DNA of 63,403 bases, filler included, from Octopus bimaculoides (GCF_001194135.2; 5 parts of 5 records of this genome joined end to end with filler, not necessarily neighbours in it); one strand, 5' to 3'. Shown: positions 26,124 to 39,138, numbered from the whole stretch's first letter. A program made the numbers and translations. The notes: a model not told the origin generated them from the sequence alone.

Positions 26124-26430
26124 ATGGAGGCGCAATGGCCCAGTGGTTAGGGCAGCGGAATCGGAGTCATAGGATCGCGGTTTCGATTCCCAGACCGGGC
26201 ATTGTGAGTGTTTATTGAGCGAAAACACCTAAACCTCCACGAGGCTCCGGCAGGGGATGGTGGCGAACCCTGCTGTACTCTTTCACCACAACTTTCTCTC
26301 ACTCTTACTTCCTGTTTCTGTTGTGCCTGTAAATTCAAAGTGTCAGCCTTGTCACACTGTGTCACGCTGAATATCCCCGAGAACTACGTTAAAGGTACAT
26401 GTGTCTGTGGAGTGTTCAGCCACTTACATG
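26124..26430 (+). mobile_element. Family C SINE (3' end in gap)
   Basis: Colinear with 18135-18440. Confidence 0.9.
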
Positions 26431-27089
26431 NNNNNNNNNNNNNNNNNNNNNNNNNNNNNNNNNNNNNNNNNNNNNNNNNNNNNNNNNNNNNNNNNNNNNN
26501 NNNNNNNNNNNNNNNNNNNNNNNNNNNNNNNNNNNNNNNNNNNNNNNNNNNNNNNNNNNNNNNNNNNNNNNNNNNNNNNNNNNNNNNNNNNNNNNNNNNN
26601 NNNNNNNNNNNNNNNNNNNNNNNNNNNNNNNNNNNNNNNNNNNNNNNNNNNNNNNNNNNNNNNNNNNNNNNNNNNNNNNNNNNNNNNNNNNNNNNNNNNN
26701 NNNNNNNNNNNNNNNNNNNNNNNNNNNNNNNNNNNNNNNNNNNNNNNNNNNNNNNNNNNNNNNNNNNNNNNNNNNNNNNNNNNNNNNNNNNNNNNNNNNN
26801 NNNNNNNNNNNNNNNNNNNNNNNNNNNNNNNNNNNNNNNNNNNNNNNNNNNNNNNNNNNNNNNNNNNNNNNNNNNNNNNNNNNNNNNNNNNNNNNNNNNN
26901 NNNNNNNNNNNNNNNNNNNNNNNNNNNNNNNNNNNNNNNNNNNNNNNNNNNNNNNNNNNNNNNNNNNNNNNNNNNNNNNNNNNNNNNNNNNNNNNNNNNN
27001 NNNNNNNNNNNNNNNNNNNNNNNNNNNNNNNNNNNNNNNNNNNNNNNNNNNNNNNNNNNNNNNNNNNNNNNATATATGCATATATATAT

Positions 27090-27290
27090 ATATATTTCTG
27101 CTGCTTTTAAATAAATATATATATATATATATACCAGAGTAAGCACATAAATGCGAAACAAGGTGGAAATAAAATAGTACCTAAATACCGGAGGTAGAGT
27201 AATATACTTTATTGATAAAGCTGAAAAGATATCACAAAAATTGTTACTCAGAGTTTCATGTTCCCATTCAATGGACAGTTTTGGTTGAGC
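27090..27290 (-). mobile_element. Family F copy (minus) with a short plus-strand piece at 27090-27115
   Basis: Shares CCAGAGTAAGCACAT...GAGGTAGAGTAATAT and the hammerhead block with 39186-39332. Degenerate motif at 27241-27280: AACUGU-CCAUUGA-AUG-GGAA-CAU-GAA-ACUC-U-GAGU-A-ACAA. Confidence 0.65.
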
Positions 27291-27374
27291 TAAGGACATA
27301 AAAAAATGTAAATAAATTCCACTTAGTATCTATCTACTTCTCCCACTTCCCACTGGCCATTTAATATTTATATC

Positions 27375-27670
27375 TAATATCCTTTCTACTATATAATATC
27401 CTTTCTACTATATAATAGCCTTTCTACTATATAATATCCTTTCTACAATATAATATCCTTTCTACTATATAATATCCTTTCTACTATAGGCACAAGGCCT
27501 GAAACTTAGTGGCTAATTGATTACATCAACCCCTGTGCATACTTGGTACTTATTTCATTGACCCCAAAAGGATGAAAGGCAAAGTTAGAATTTGAACTCA
27601 GAACATAAGGACAGATGAAATGCCACTAAGCATTTTACCTGGCATGCTAACAAGCCTGCTAGCTCACAGC
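27375..27670 (-). mobile_element. Family B SINE with six tandem 19-bp terminal units
   Basis: (TAATATCCTTTCTACTATA)x6 at 27375-27488, continuous with the B tail. Confidence 0.85.
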
Positions 27671-28739
27671 TGTCAAGGTATCTAATATATAAACATCTAC
27701 AGGTAATTTTTATCAAAATGTGAAGGCATATACACGTCTGGTGTGGTGAAAAAAAAAAAAAGAGAAAGACATCAAATGGTTCAGGTAGGGTCATTCATTG
27801 ATTGATATTTCCTTTGATAACATGCAGCCGCATACTTCACCTTTATGTTACTTATGAAGGCATGTTTGTCGGAGGTTGTGATGTGTTGTTGTCGTTGTTG
27901 ATGGTGGTGGTCATGGTGGGAAGGAACTGATCATCACTGCTCTGATCTCATTACTGATTGGTGTCTTTTGATGTGAAAAAGATTAGTTATCTAGAGAAGG
28001 TTCAATGAAAAAGCTTGTGAGCTGTATGAGAATATATATAACACTATATACTTATATATGTATATATGTATTATGTATGCATGTATGTATGTACGTATGT
28101 ATGTATGTGTGTATGTGCATCTATGAGTGCATGTATGTATGAATGTATGTATGTGTGTGTATGCGTGGAGCCACTTCGTACCACCCCATTTCTGTTTGAC
28201 CTTTGCTTCAGCAATCTTTGATTGCAGTGAGGGGAGATGGGTCTGTGAGGGAAGGGGCAATGAAAGAAAGGGAGAAAGAAGATAGGGAAGAAAAGAGGTT
28301 CTTGTCCATACCTGCTATAGTGCATCCACCACCACCACCACCACCACCGCTGCTGCCGCCACCAAAAGCATCAACACTTTCCTTATTAACACTTCTGTTA
28401 ACCTCATCACCTTTATTAATATCACCAGAAATATCTATACTATTACCACCACTATCATTACCACCACCACAACCACCACAATCATCACTACTGCCCCTAC
28501 CACCACCTGCTGTTACTACCATCACCATCACTGTTATCATCTGTGTCACCATTACCCTTAACCCATTACTGCTACTACTACTACTACTACTACTACTACA
28601 GCTGCTACTACTACTACTACCACCACTAATACTAAATCAGACAGAGGGTGACAGCCATCGTATTCACCACTTCCCTGAATTATGGAACATGCAATTCTAC
28701 AAGTGGTAGCTCGGCAGACTTTAAATTCATGCATACATA

Positions 28740-29350
28740 CATCATCATCGTTTAATGTCCGCTTTCCATGCTGGTATGGGTTGGGTGGTTTGAATGGTGA
28801 CTGGTGAGCCAGTCTCCAGGCTCCAATCTGAGCTGGCAGAGTTTCTACAGCTGGATGCCCTTCCTAATGCCAACCACTCCGAGAGTGTAGTGGGTGCTTT
28901 TACGTGCCACCAGCACGAGGGCCAGTCAGGCGGTACTGGCAACGGCCACGCTCAAATGGAGGTTTTATGTGTCACCTGCACAGGAGCCAGTCCAGCGGCA
29001 CTGGCAATGCCCTCGCTCAAATGTTGTCTTCCACGTACCACCGGCACAAGTGCTAGTAAGACGATGCTGGTAACGATCATGTTTGAGTGCTGCTTTTTAT
29101 GTGCCACTGGCACAGGGGCCAGTCAGTGGCCCTGGCAACAATCACACTCAGATGGTGCTCTTAGTGCTCCACTAGCACGGATGCCAGTCATGCGGTGTTG
29201 TCATCGAATTTGATTTTGATTTCACTTTCCTCAACAGATCTTCACAGTTTAGTGTCTAATGAAAGAAAGGTATGCCTAAGTGGGCTGGTTATACCCCTGG
29301 CATAGGCCACAGGTTATGGTCTCGCTTGGCTTACCGGGTCTTCTCAAGCA
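28740..29350 (-). mobile_element. Retroposon family J with internal ~65-bp tandem units
   Basis: (GAT)n tail, GGAAGGGCATCCAGCTGTAGAAA motif, five units starting near 28898, 28963, 29028, 29095 and 29160; relatives at 54205-54560 and 36665-36770. Confidence 0.75.
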
Positions 29351-29353
29351 CAT

Positions 29354-29722
29354 AGGTGCAGGCATGATTGTGTGGTTAAGAAACTTGTTGCATAACTGCA
29401 TGGTTTTGGGTTCAGTCCCACTATACAGCACCTTCGGCCACAGACCAACCAATACTTTATGAATGAATTTAGTAGATGGAAACTGTGCGGAAGCCCATTC
29501 TATGTATGAATGTGTGTGTTTTTTTGTGTTTGACCACTTGACAACTGGTGTTTGTTTGATTACATCCCCATCACTTAACAGTTCAGCAAACGAGGTGGAT
29601 AGAATAAGTACTAGACTTCAAAATAATAAGTCCTGAAGTTGATTTGTTTGACTAAACCCTTCAAGGTGGTGCCCCAGCATGGCCACAGTCCAATGAATGA
29701 AACAAGTAAAAGATAAAAGATA
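29354..29722 (+). mobile_element. Family A SINE (diverged)
   Basis: Same head, central tract and tail. Confidence 0.8.
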
Positions 29723-30321
29723 CATTAAATATTTTGAATCCTAGGAATAAGATAATTTAAATCCCAGGAACCAGGAATCAGCAGAATGTCTTTAACCTCT
29801 GATACCTACCTACTTGTAACTCGATAAAGACACTTGGTGTTCATGTCATAGCTCAGCTTTAAATATTCAGCGAATTTTGTGATATGTGATGATATTGTAA
29901 TATCTTTTTAATGTTTATTACAGAGACGACATTAGTGAGCCAGCAGATTTGTTAGCAGGTTGGGCAAAATGTTTACAGGTATTTCGTCTGTCCAAACGTT
30001 TTGAGTTTAAAGTCCACTGAGGTCCACTCTGCATTTCATCCTCACGGAGTTGATAAAATAAGCATCAGTTGAACACGGGGCTCGAGTTAATCAGCTCAGC
30101 CTCTCCCCCAAAATCGTTGGCCATATACACACATATATACATACATACATACATACATATATATTTGATTAATGAGAGAGACAGAAAATGGGAGATCTGA
30201 GAATCTTTAATGAACGCTACAATTGTTTTGACCCATCTAACATCGATCCTTGGCAAGTGGGATACTGAACATCTGGCTTAGGTGTATCCCTCGGTGTATA
30301 CCATTTGATTTATTAACTATT

Positions 30322-30875
30322 ATATTCTTTTACTTGTTTCAGTCACTTGACTGCGGCCATGCTGGAGCACCACCTTTAGTTGAACAAATCGACCCCAGAA
30401 CTCATTCTTTATAAGCCTAGTACTTGTTCTATCGGTCTATTTTACCAAACCGCTAAGTTACGGGGGATGTAAACACATCAGCATTGGTTGTCAAGCAATG
30501 TTGGGGGCACAAACACAAACATACATACACACACACATGCATATACATATATATATATATATACAACAGGCTTCTTTCAGTTTCCTATTTATTTATTGCC
30601 CACAAGGGTCTAAACATGGGGGGGGGGACAAACAAGGACAGACAAACGGATTAAGTCAATTACATCGACCTCAGTGCGTAACTGGTACTTAATTTATCGA
30701 CCCCGAAAGGATGAAAGGCAAAGTCGACCTCGGCGGAATTTGAACTCAGAACGTAGCGGCAGACGAAATACCACTAAGCATTTCACCTGGTGTGCTAATG
30801 TTTCTGCCAGCTCGCCACCTTGAAAGGCTTCTTTGGTCAGCCTGAGGCTATAGTAGAAGGTGCCATGCAGTGGGA
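30322..30875 (-). mobile_element. Family A SINE interrupted by a family B SINE (30587-30821)
   Basis: A tail and middle at 30322-30586, a complete B copy, then the remainder of the A head. Confidence 0.75.
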
Positions 30876-31432
30876 ATATATGTATATATATATATATATA
30901 TACAAGAGATGCGGGTTTGTGTCCCACAGGTAGTCTTTGACTTTTTCATTTTAAAAGGGTTCTTCAACTCAATATTTATACACTATTATTAANNNNNNNN
31001 NNNNNNNNNNNNNNNNNNNNNNNNNNNNNNNNNNNNNNNNNNNNNNNNNNNNNNNNNNNNNNNNNNNNNNNNNNNNNNNNNNNNNNNNNNNNNNNNNNNN
31101 NNNNNNNNNNNNNNNNNNNNNNNNNNNNNNNNNNNNNNNNNNNNNNNNNNNNNNNNNNNNNNNNNNNNNNNNNNNNNNNNNNNNNNNNNNNNNNNNNNNN
31201 NNNNNNNNNNNNNNNNNNNNNNNNNNNNNNNNNNNNNNNNNNNNNNNNNNNNNNNNNNNNNNNNNNNNNNNNNNNNNNNNNNNNNNNNNNNNNNNNNNNN
31301 NNNNNNNNNNNNNNNNNNNNNNNNNNNNNNNNNNNNNNNNNNNNNNNNNNNNNNNNNNNNNNNNNNNNNNNNNNNNNNNNNNNNNNNNNNNNNNNNNNNN
31401 NNNNNNNNNNNNNNNNNNNNNNNNNNNNNNNN

Positions 31433-31480
<48 letters not shown>

Positions 31481-31489
<9 letters not shown>

Positions 31490-31715
31490 ATGTGTCTGTT
31501 TGTGTTTCTGTGTGTCTGTGTTTGTCCCTCCCCCCCATTATTGCTTGACAATGCTGGTGTATTTACATCCCTATAACTTAGCGGTACAGCAAAAGACACC
31601 AATAGAATAAGTACTAAGCTTACAACGAATAAGTCCTGGGATCGATTTGTTTGACTAAAGGCAGTGCTCCAGCATGGCCACAGTCAAATGACTGAAACAA
31701 ATAAAAGAATAAAAG
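31481..31715 (+). mobile_element. Family A SINE 3' half
   Basis: Tail homology; the 5' part falls in the gap. Confidence 0.8.
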
Positions 31716-32344
31716 AATATGTACATATTTGCATACACCAATATGCGCACATGCACACACACACATGCACGTAAACATACATAAATAGAGCGTCAATCTG
31801 AGGTGCCAGCCATGATAATTAGCTGAGGGGCAATGAATCCTCTCCAATAAATATTGGAATTCAGAATATACAATTCTTTATTATAGGAGTAGTTATAAGC
31901 TACTTGTGTTATCTAACATACATATCTGTGAAAACAATATCCCACATTCATTGAGTTTTTTATGACACTAATACGTACATACATATATTGTCAGGGGCTC
32001 AACTTGGTTATCAACACTGGTGACTACCATCACTTTCATACCATCATTCCATAAATGCTATCAACACCCACCATTACTACCATACTTCAACACCATCCAC
32101 CACCACAACCATCACCCCCATAAAAATCACCCCGTTGAGTCATTGAGCCCTTTAAGTCAGGAATTCCCAACATTTTACCTTTGCGACCTATTTTGGTAAA
32201 TCAATAATTAACACTCCACAAATATTTTTTTTGTTCCTTATTATTTTAATCAATAGTTCCTAACTCTTTGTCAGTACCCCACCCACTTTGCCAGTTCGAC
32301 ATTCTGATTTCTATACCTCCCACCCTGTGTAACAAGAAAAATGC

Positions 32345-32590
32345 AGTCTTGTGCACAACACAATTTATTATATAACAGCCTTATGTCATGCCTTCTATAC
32401 AACACAATGTGTTATGTAACATTAATAGCCTTATATTAAAGTAATCTTACATATGGCTCTATTACATAACATTAACAGCTTTATATTAATGGTATCTTGT
32501 ATACAACACTACTGCATAACATTTACAGCTTTCTATTAAAGTAGTTTTGTTTTCTACACTATTACATAAAATTAACAGTTTTATAATAAT
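32345..32590. repeat. Degenerate ~50-bp minisatellite, about 5 units
   Basis: ACATAACATTAACAGCTTTATATTAA variants recur at ~50-bp spacing. Confidence 0.7.
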
Positions 32591-33141
32591 TTTATATAAA
32601 TGTATATTATATCTCCATAAGATCAACATTTAGAAGAATTCATCTGGTGAAAACAGTACATACAATGATAAAGAATTTTTGATCCAAGAACAATTTTCTT
32701 ACTGAATTCTTCAAATTTTTCTTTGAAATTGTGAAATTACCAGATAACTTCTTCATCGTTAAGAATTATAGAGTTTAAAAAAGTGGGGTTTGAGAGAAAG
32801 TGAGGTAGTATTTAGCAGATAAATGAAGAGGGTATTGTGCAGTGAAATGGTAGCAAGATTTTGCTGGTGGTGGGTTAAGTGCTTGTTGTACCCTGATTGA
32901 GTAAATCTCTAATCAACATCATTTCAGCCATGACCACCCAATCTTAACAGGTGTAGCAAGAAGTTTGATTCCCAACCACATGGTTTCTGGTTCAGTCCCA
33001 TTGTGTGGTGTCTTGGGCAAGTGTTTTCTACTATAACTCTAAGCCAGTCAAAGATTTATGAGAGGATTTGTTAAATGGAAACTGAAAAATGTTTGAATGT
33101 GTGTGTATATATATATATCTACATATCTATATCTATCTATC

Positions 33142-33185
<44 letters not shown>

Positions 33186-34875
33186 CAAAAGTGGCAGTTT
33201 TAATACCCAAAGATAAAATATTTACCACTTAAGAGTGGATGTTGCATTACAGACAGACACACAGACAGACAGATATCATCATCATTTTCATCTCCAATTT
33301 TCCAGCTTTGCATGTGTCTGATGGAGTCTATTGAGACAGATTTTCTAAAGCTAGATGCTTTTCCTGTTGCCAACACTCACCTGTTTGCAAGCAAGGTAAT
33401 ATGCCCCCCCCCCCATATCTAGATATTTTCTCACAGAATACTGGGAATGAATGACACCCATTTGCAATTATCACATGATTTCAGAACATGAGNNNNNNNN
33501 NNNNNNNNNNNNNNNNNNNNNNNNNNNNNNNNNNNNNNNNNNNNNNNNNNNNNNNNNNNNNNNNNNNNNNNNNNNNNNNNNNNNNNNNNNNNNNNNNNNN
33601 NNNNNNNNNNNNNNNNNNNNNNNNNNNNNNNNNNNNNNGGACATAAACACACCAACATCGATTGTCAGGTGATGGTGGGTGGGTGGGGTTAGGGACAAAC
33701 ACAGACACACCCAAATACATACATATACATCGGACTATAGATAACCAAATTACAACAGGTATATAGTCCATTTTTTGTTCTATAGTGCATTGTTGTACCA
33801 TTCTAAACTTTTTATTCTTTATATACATATATATATATACATGCTTATATATATACACATAGTAAAGTGTGATTTGAGGGAGATTTAACTGCTATTTCTA
33901 ATATATCAAGTGGGGAGTGATATGGTGTTGTTTTTGTTGGTGGTGGTGGTGAGTGCAGGGTTGATTCTGTTGCTTAACCTCAAGATTAGTTCCCATGGTA
34001 CAAACCAATGATCAAAACGCCTTCCAGCTGTGACAGTCTTGTAATGACATTTCCTGATATTAGTGTCTCTTGGACTACACTATTCAGTGTGTTCTATCCG
34101 GTTTTTTTTTTTCCTTTTGTTTGTCTTTCAAGATTATAGGGTATAATTTGAGGGAGACTTGGTAACTGCTTCTAGCCAAATTGAGAGATCATTTTCTCAG
34201 TAGCTATCGAGTGCAGAATGAAACTCTAAGTACAGAGATGAGTCACTGAGAGAAGGTGGTGTGATATGAAGAAACAGATGGTGGTGGTGTTGACGGTGAT
34301 GAGGATGGTGGTGGTGGTGTGGATTATAGTGGTAGTGGTAGTGGTGATGTAATAGGAAGAAAGTGCTGATGGTGTTTATGGTGAAAATACTGGTGGTGAT
34401 GGTGGTGGTGGTTGTGGTGGTGGTGACAATGATGATGATTGTGACATTGGTGTTGGTGGTGGTGGTGGTACTGGTGGAAACAGTGGTACTGATTGTGATA
34501 GTGGTGGTGTTGTTGTTGTTGCTGGTGGTGGTGGTTGATATGACAGAGCGGTAGTGAGTTAGGCTAGGGTTTATAACAGCAGTACTGAGTATAACTCTTA
34601 AGAGTATCACTGAGTATTAGTAATAGTAACACTGAGTACTACTACAGGGTAGCAGCTGGGTGGCCATTGTGTTGCTTCGCTGTTTAGCCTTAGGTCAAAC
34701 TACAATCGAAAACACTCCAGCCATGACAATCTCCCCTTTTTAGGGCATCTAGCACTATGTTTTGTAATGTGTTTCTCCTTTATTTAAGGCAGTAAGGTTT
34801 TGATTTGAGGAAACATGGTTACTATATCTAACAGACTGAGCATCCACTTCCTGTCACCACTCCTAACACATATCT

Positions 34876-35125
34876 TGTGGAAGCATGTGGCTTAGTGATT
34901 AGGATGTTGGACTCGTGGTTGTAAGATTGTGGTTTTGTTTCCTGGGCTGAGCGATGTGTTGTATTCTTGAGCAATATACTTCATTCTTTGTTGCTCCGGT
35001 TCACTCGACTTGCAAAATGAGTAATCCTGTGATGGACAGGCGTCCCATCCAGTGACTGATATGTGCGCCATGGAAAGTGTGAAACTGGCCCTATCAGTTG
35101 ATATGACTCAGAAAGGACTTTTATC
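34876..35125 (+). mobile_element. D-type head SINE with a V-SINE-like body
   Basis: D-type head, then CCTGTGATGGACAGGCGTCCCATCCAG, resembling the recalled V-SINE central motif. Confidence 0.6.
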
Positions 35126-35577
35126 CTTATCCTATCCTAAGGCATACCTGCAATCCTATGAGCTCCCTCATTCACTCATGGGATAACAAGTATGTGTTGG
35201 TGGTGGGGATAGAAAGTGAAAAAGTATGAATGAAGGTTTTTGTGGTTTCTGTTGTTGTTTTAAATGGAGGTGGTGGTGATGGTGGTAGTGTCTGAGATAG
35301 TGTTGACAACAGTGGTTGTGGTAGTGGTGGTGATGGCGGCAGTGCAAAGATTTTTTTTTTTCTGTGTTACTCTATACCTATTAAAACTGATCTCATAACT
35401 AATAACCAATCATGAACAAGAATTTTTATTTAAGAATCTATATAAATTTTGGCTTGAAATTTCAGATTGATAATAAAAAATGAGTCATTTTCATAAATTC
35501 TTCGTGAAAAAAAATGAGAAAAAATTTATTATAAATAAAAAAGAAAAGAAAATATGGAATCAAAATCGAAATTTAAG

Positions 35578-35990
35578 AAACTTAAATTATTTTAAGAACT
35601 CAAATATCAGTTTATTATTATCAATTCAAATTTTAATGAAGGATTAAAATTTAAACAAAAACAAATTTATTTTTTCATTACAGGTTTGAATTTCGTTTTA
35701 TTTCAAAATTGGTAAAAAAATTATGATTTAAAAAATATCATTCTCATGAAATCTTTATTCTGTTTTTTAAAATGAAATTTCTGTTAGTTTCTATTCAATA
35801 AACTTGAATTTATTTTAAGAATTCAAATATCAGTTTATTGTTATTAGTTTGAATTTTAGTAAAGGATTACAAGAAGATTTTCTTTTTTTTTTTTTTGCAG
35901 GTTTGAATTTTATTTTATTTCAAAATCAATAAAAACTTTATGATTTCAAAAAAAGAAAAAAATATTGTGATTTCATACAAATTCTTTTCC
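35578..35990. repeat. Diverged tandem duplication of a ~220-bp AT-rich unit
   Basis: CAAATATCAGTTTATT at 35601 and 35824; CAGGTTTGAATTT at 35681 and 35898. Confidence 0.8.
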
Positions 35991-36304
35991 TTTCACTGCA
36001 ATGTTCAGAATTTTTTTTTAAATGTCTCATTTTTCATTTTTTTTTTAACCTGAAATTTCAAACTGCAAAAGGGAAAAGAATGATAATGAGAAAAATTGTA
36101 GAAAAATGAAAAAAAAAATTAGAGAGAGAGAGAGATAAATGGGACAGATAAAAAAAAAAAACCTGAAACAGGATAACAGAAATAGAGTGGGGAACAAAAA
36201 AATAGAAATTGGGAAAACAAAGCATAAATATAAAAAAGGGCAAAACACAAGTAAAACAAAGGAAGAAAGAGAAATTCCCCAAAACAGAAAAGGTAAAATT
36301 TTTA

Positions 36305-36655
36305 AATGGCATAACTTCATGCTTAAGAAGTTTGCTCCCCAATCACATAGTTTAGAGTTCAGTCCCACTGTGTGCCTCTTGGGTAAAAGTCTTCTACTAT
36401 AGCTCCAGACCAATCAATGGATTTGGTAGATGGAAATTGAAAGAAGCCTGTCATGTATATATATTCTTTTATTCTTTTACTTGTTTCAATCATTTGACTG
36501 CGGCCATGCTAGAGCACTGCCTTAAAGGGTTTTAGTTGAAGAAATCAATCCCAGGACTTATTCTTTGTAAGCCTAGTACTTATTCTATTAGTCTCTTTTG
36601 CTGAACCACTAAGTTATTGGAGACATAAAAACATCAGCATTTGTTGTCAAGTGAT
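36305..36655. mobile_element. Family A head (+) abutting family A tail (-)
   Basis: 36305-36460 is a sense head; 36465-36655 is a reverse-complemented tail. Confidence 0.75.
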
Positions 36656-37350
36656 GGACAAACAAGCAATGGTTGGTGACAGGAATGGCATCTGGCTGTA
36701 GAAAATCTGCCTCAACAAACACCATGTGACCCATGAAATCAGGGAAAGTGGAAATTAAAACCATGATGACGATGGAGGAGGAGGAAGAAAATAAAATATA
36801 AAGAATTTTTTAGAAAAAGAATAAAGAATTTCAAATACGAAGAAAGAAAACTGCAAGATCAAAAAAAATAAATAGATAAAAAATCTCATAGAAATTTAGA
36901 ATTCAGCAGAAAAGAAACTGAAGAGAGTTGAAAACTGATAACATAAAATGTTCTTACATTAATACATTTCTATAGAAAAGAGTTTTGGAACAAATTTTAA
37001 TGTCTGTTCTTGTAGATTATTAATTAGTCATGCAAATGAACTGGTGGGCTTTGAAAGAAAAAGAAAGAGAGAAATTAAATCTACTTCCTAAAATTGTTTA
37101 TCAGTTTGAATTGACTGAAAATAATGAATGAATAACTAAATAAATGTTCCAAATTGTGACTCAAGACCAGCAATTTTAGTGGTGGAGGTGTGGTGGGGGG
37201 AATATTAGTTGGATATACACACCATCACCACCCCGCTGGCTTCCTGGTATTTGTCTGGTGTTTTATTTTATCTACCTCAAAAAAAAAAAAAAGATGAATG
37301 ACAATGTTAACTATGGCAGTATTTGAACTCAAAATGTAAAGAGCTCCATA

Positions 37351-37797
37351 AATTTGCTTGTCAGTTGCTTGACCTAAACCAGTTGAGCAAGTCCAATGGT
37401 GACTGACGATATGTGCATCTCTGATCACAAGCAGAAGTAGTTGGGGAGCATCATAGCCATGTGTTGAGAGGAATTCTTTAGGGTTTGAATAATTCACCTC
37501 TGGAAACATAGGTGTTTTGCTCAACATCCTAAAACAACCCTTATTCAGGGACCTTTTGAGTGGGATGGGCTACTCAACCTGAAGAAAATTCTAACTGGGC
37601 CCCACCTACAAGGTCATGTGCTGTTTATCTTGATATGAGATCACCATGTCATGCACATACGGTTGTGATGCCTGTGCCTAGCGTACCCTTATCAGACGAG
37701 TAGTCATGATGGGTATACTCGGCTTCATATATTTGTACTCCAATGTCACTTTGATGGCATGCTTTGCTCTCTCACTCAATAATAATAATAATAATAG
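37351..37797 (+). mobile_element. Family E, 5'-truncated
   Basis: Reverse complement of 60985-61415. Confidence 0.85.
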
Positions 37798-38010
37798 TCA
37801 TTTCGAATTTTGTCACAAGGGCAGCAATTTTGAGTGAGAGGGTGAGTCAATTACATCAACCCCAGTCTTCAACTGCTACTTATTTTATCTACTCCGAAAG
37901 GATGAAAGGCAAAGTCAACCTCGGTGGAATTTGAACTCAGAACATAGCAGCAGACGAAATACCGCTAAGCATTTCACCTGGTATGCTAATGATTCTGACA
38001 ACTCGTCACC

Positions 38011-38058
<48 letters not shown>

Positions 38059-38495
38059 TAATAATAATAATAATAACAATCCTTTCTACTATGGGCACAT
38101 GGCCTGAAATTTGAGAGGAGAGATTAGTTGATTAAAACAAGCTTAGTGCAAATGATTTCATTGATCTCAAAAGGATGAAAGGCAAAGTCCACCTTGGCCA
38201 ATGTTGAACATAGAACATAAAGACAGATGAAGTGTCACAAAGCATTTTGTTTCGAATGCTAACGATTCTGCCAGCACATCACCTTAACAACAGCAATAAT
38301 AACAATAATAATGGTTTAAAATTTTGGAACAGGTCCAGCAGTTTCTGAGAGGAGGAGGAATAAATCAATTACATCAACCGCAGTACTTAACTAGTTCTTA
38401 TCTTATCGACCCTGAAGGAATGAAAGTAGAAGTCAACCTTGGTAGCATTTGAACTCAGATTGTAAAGCCTGAAGAAATGCCACAAAGCATGTAGC
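37795..38495 (-). mobile_element. Train of three family B SINEs
   Basis: Three GGATGAAAGGCAAAGTC..GAATTTGAAC blocks separated by (AAT)n. Confidence 0.85.
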
Positions 38496-38989
38496 AGTTC
38501 GGCAAAAGAGATCGATATAATAAGTACCAGGCTTCAAAAAAAAGTACTGGGGTCAATATGTTTGACTTAAATTCTTTAAGGCGTTGCCCCAGCATGGCCG
38601 CAGTCTAATGACTGAAACAAGTAAGAGATAAATCATCAATCAAATGAAATGCTAAAAAAAGGGTTTTAAAAGGGTATCACACAAAGGAAAAACATACATG
38701 AAAAGCTTTGAATGTAAATTCTTCCAATATGAAACGAACAGAAATATCCTGCCCCAACCCAACCAAATTCTCCGCCTTATGATACCCCTATTTTAAGGAA
38801 ATCTCATAAACGAACGTTACCCAGTCCCCCTCTCTACTCTAGCACCTTTATAATTTTTCTCCTCAGTTACTTTCACTCAAAAAAATTCACATACATACAC
38901 ACATATACATGCATAGCAATAAAATACATACATACATACACACCCTCAGAGAAATGCAAACACACACATGTATACATACACACATACAG

Positions 38990-39038
<49 letters not shown>

Positions 39039-39138
39039 NNNNNNNNNNNNNNNNNNNNNNNNNNNNNNNNNNNNNNNNNNNNTTAATTAATTAANNNNNN
39101 NNNNNNNNNNNNNNNNNNNNNNNNNNNNNNNNNNNNNN
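39039..39138. other. Artificial scaffold-joining spacer
   Basis: 44N + TTAATTAATTAA (39083-39094) + 44N. Confidence 0.95.

Noticed and set aside
28203-28709. Pro/Leu-rich 168-aa ORF and Gly-rich antisense ORF
   Set aside because: Derived from (CCA)n/(CTA)n cryptic repeats; no splice or domain support.
28898-29215. Regularly spaced repeats as a CRISPR-like array
   Set aside because: Whole units are homologous with no unique spacers, no cas genes, eukaryotic retroposon context.
37225-37527. Shared peptide LLLLVIRDAHIVSH in ORFs 37225 and 61300
   Set aside because: Both are antisense readings of the same non-coding family E repeat.
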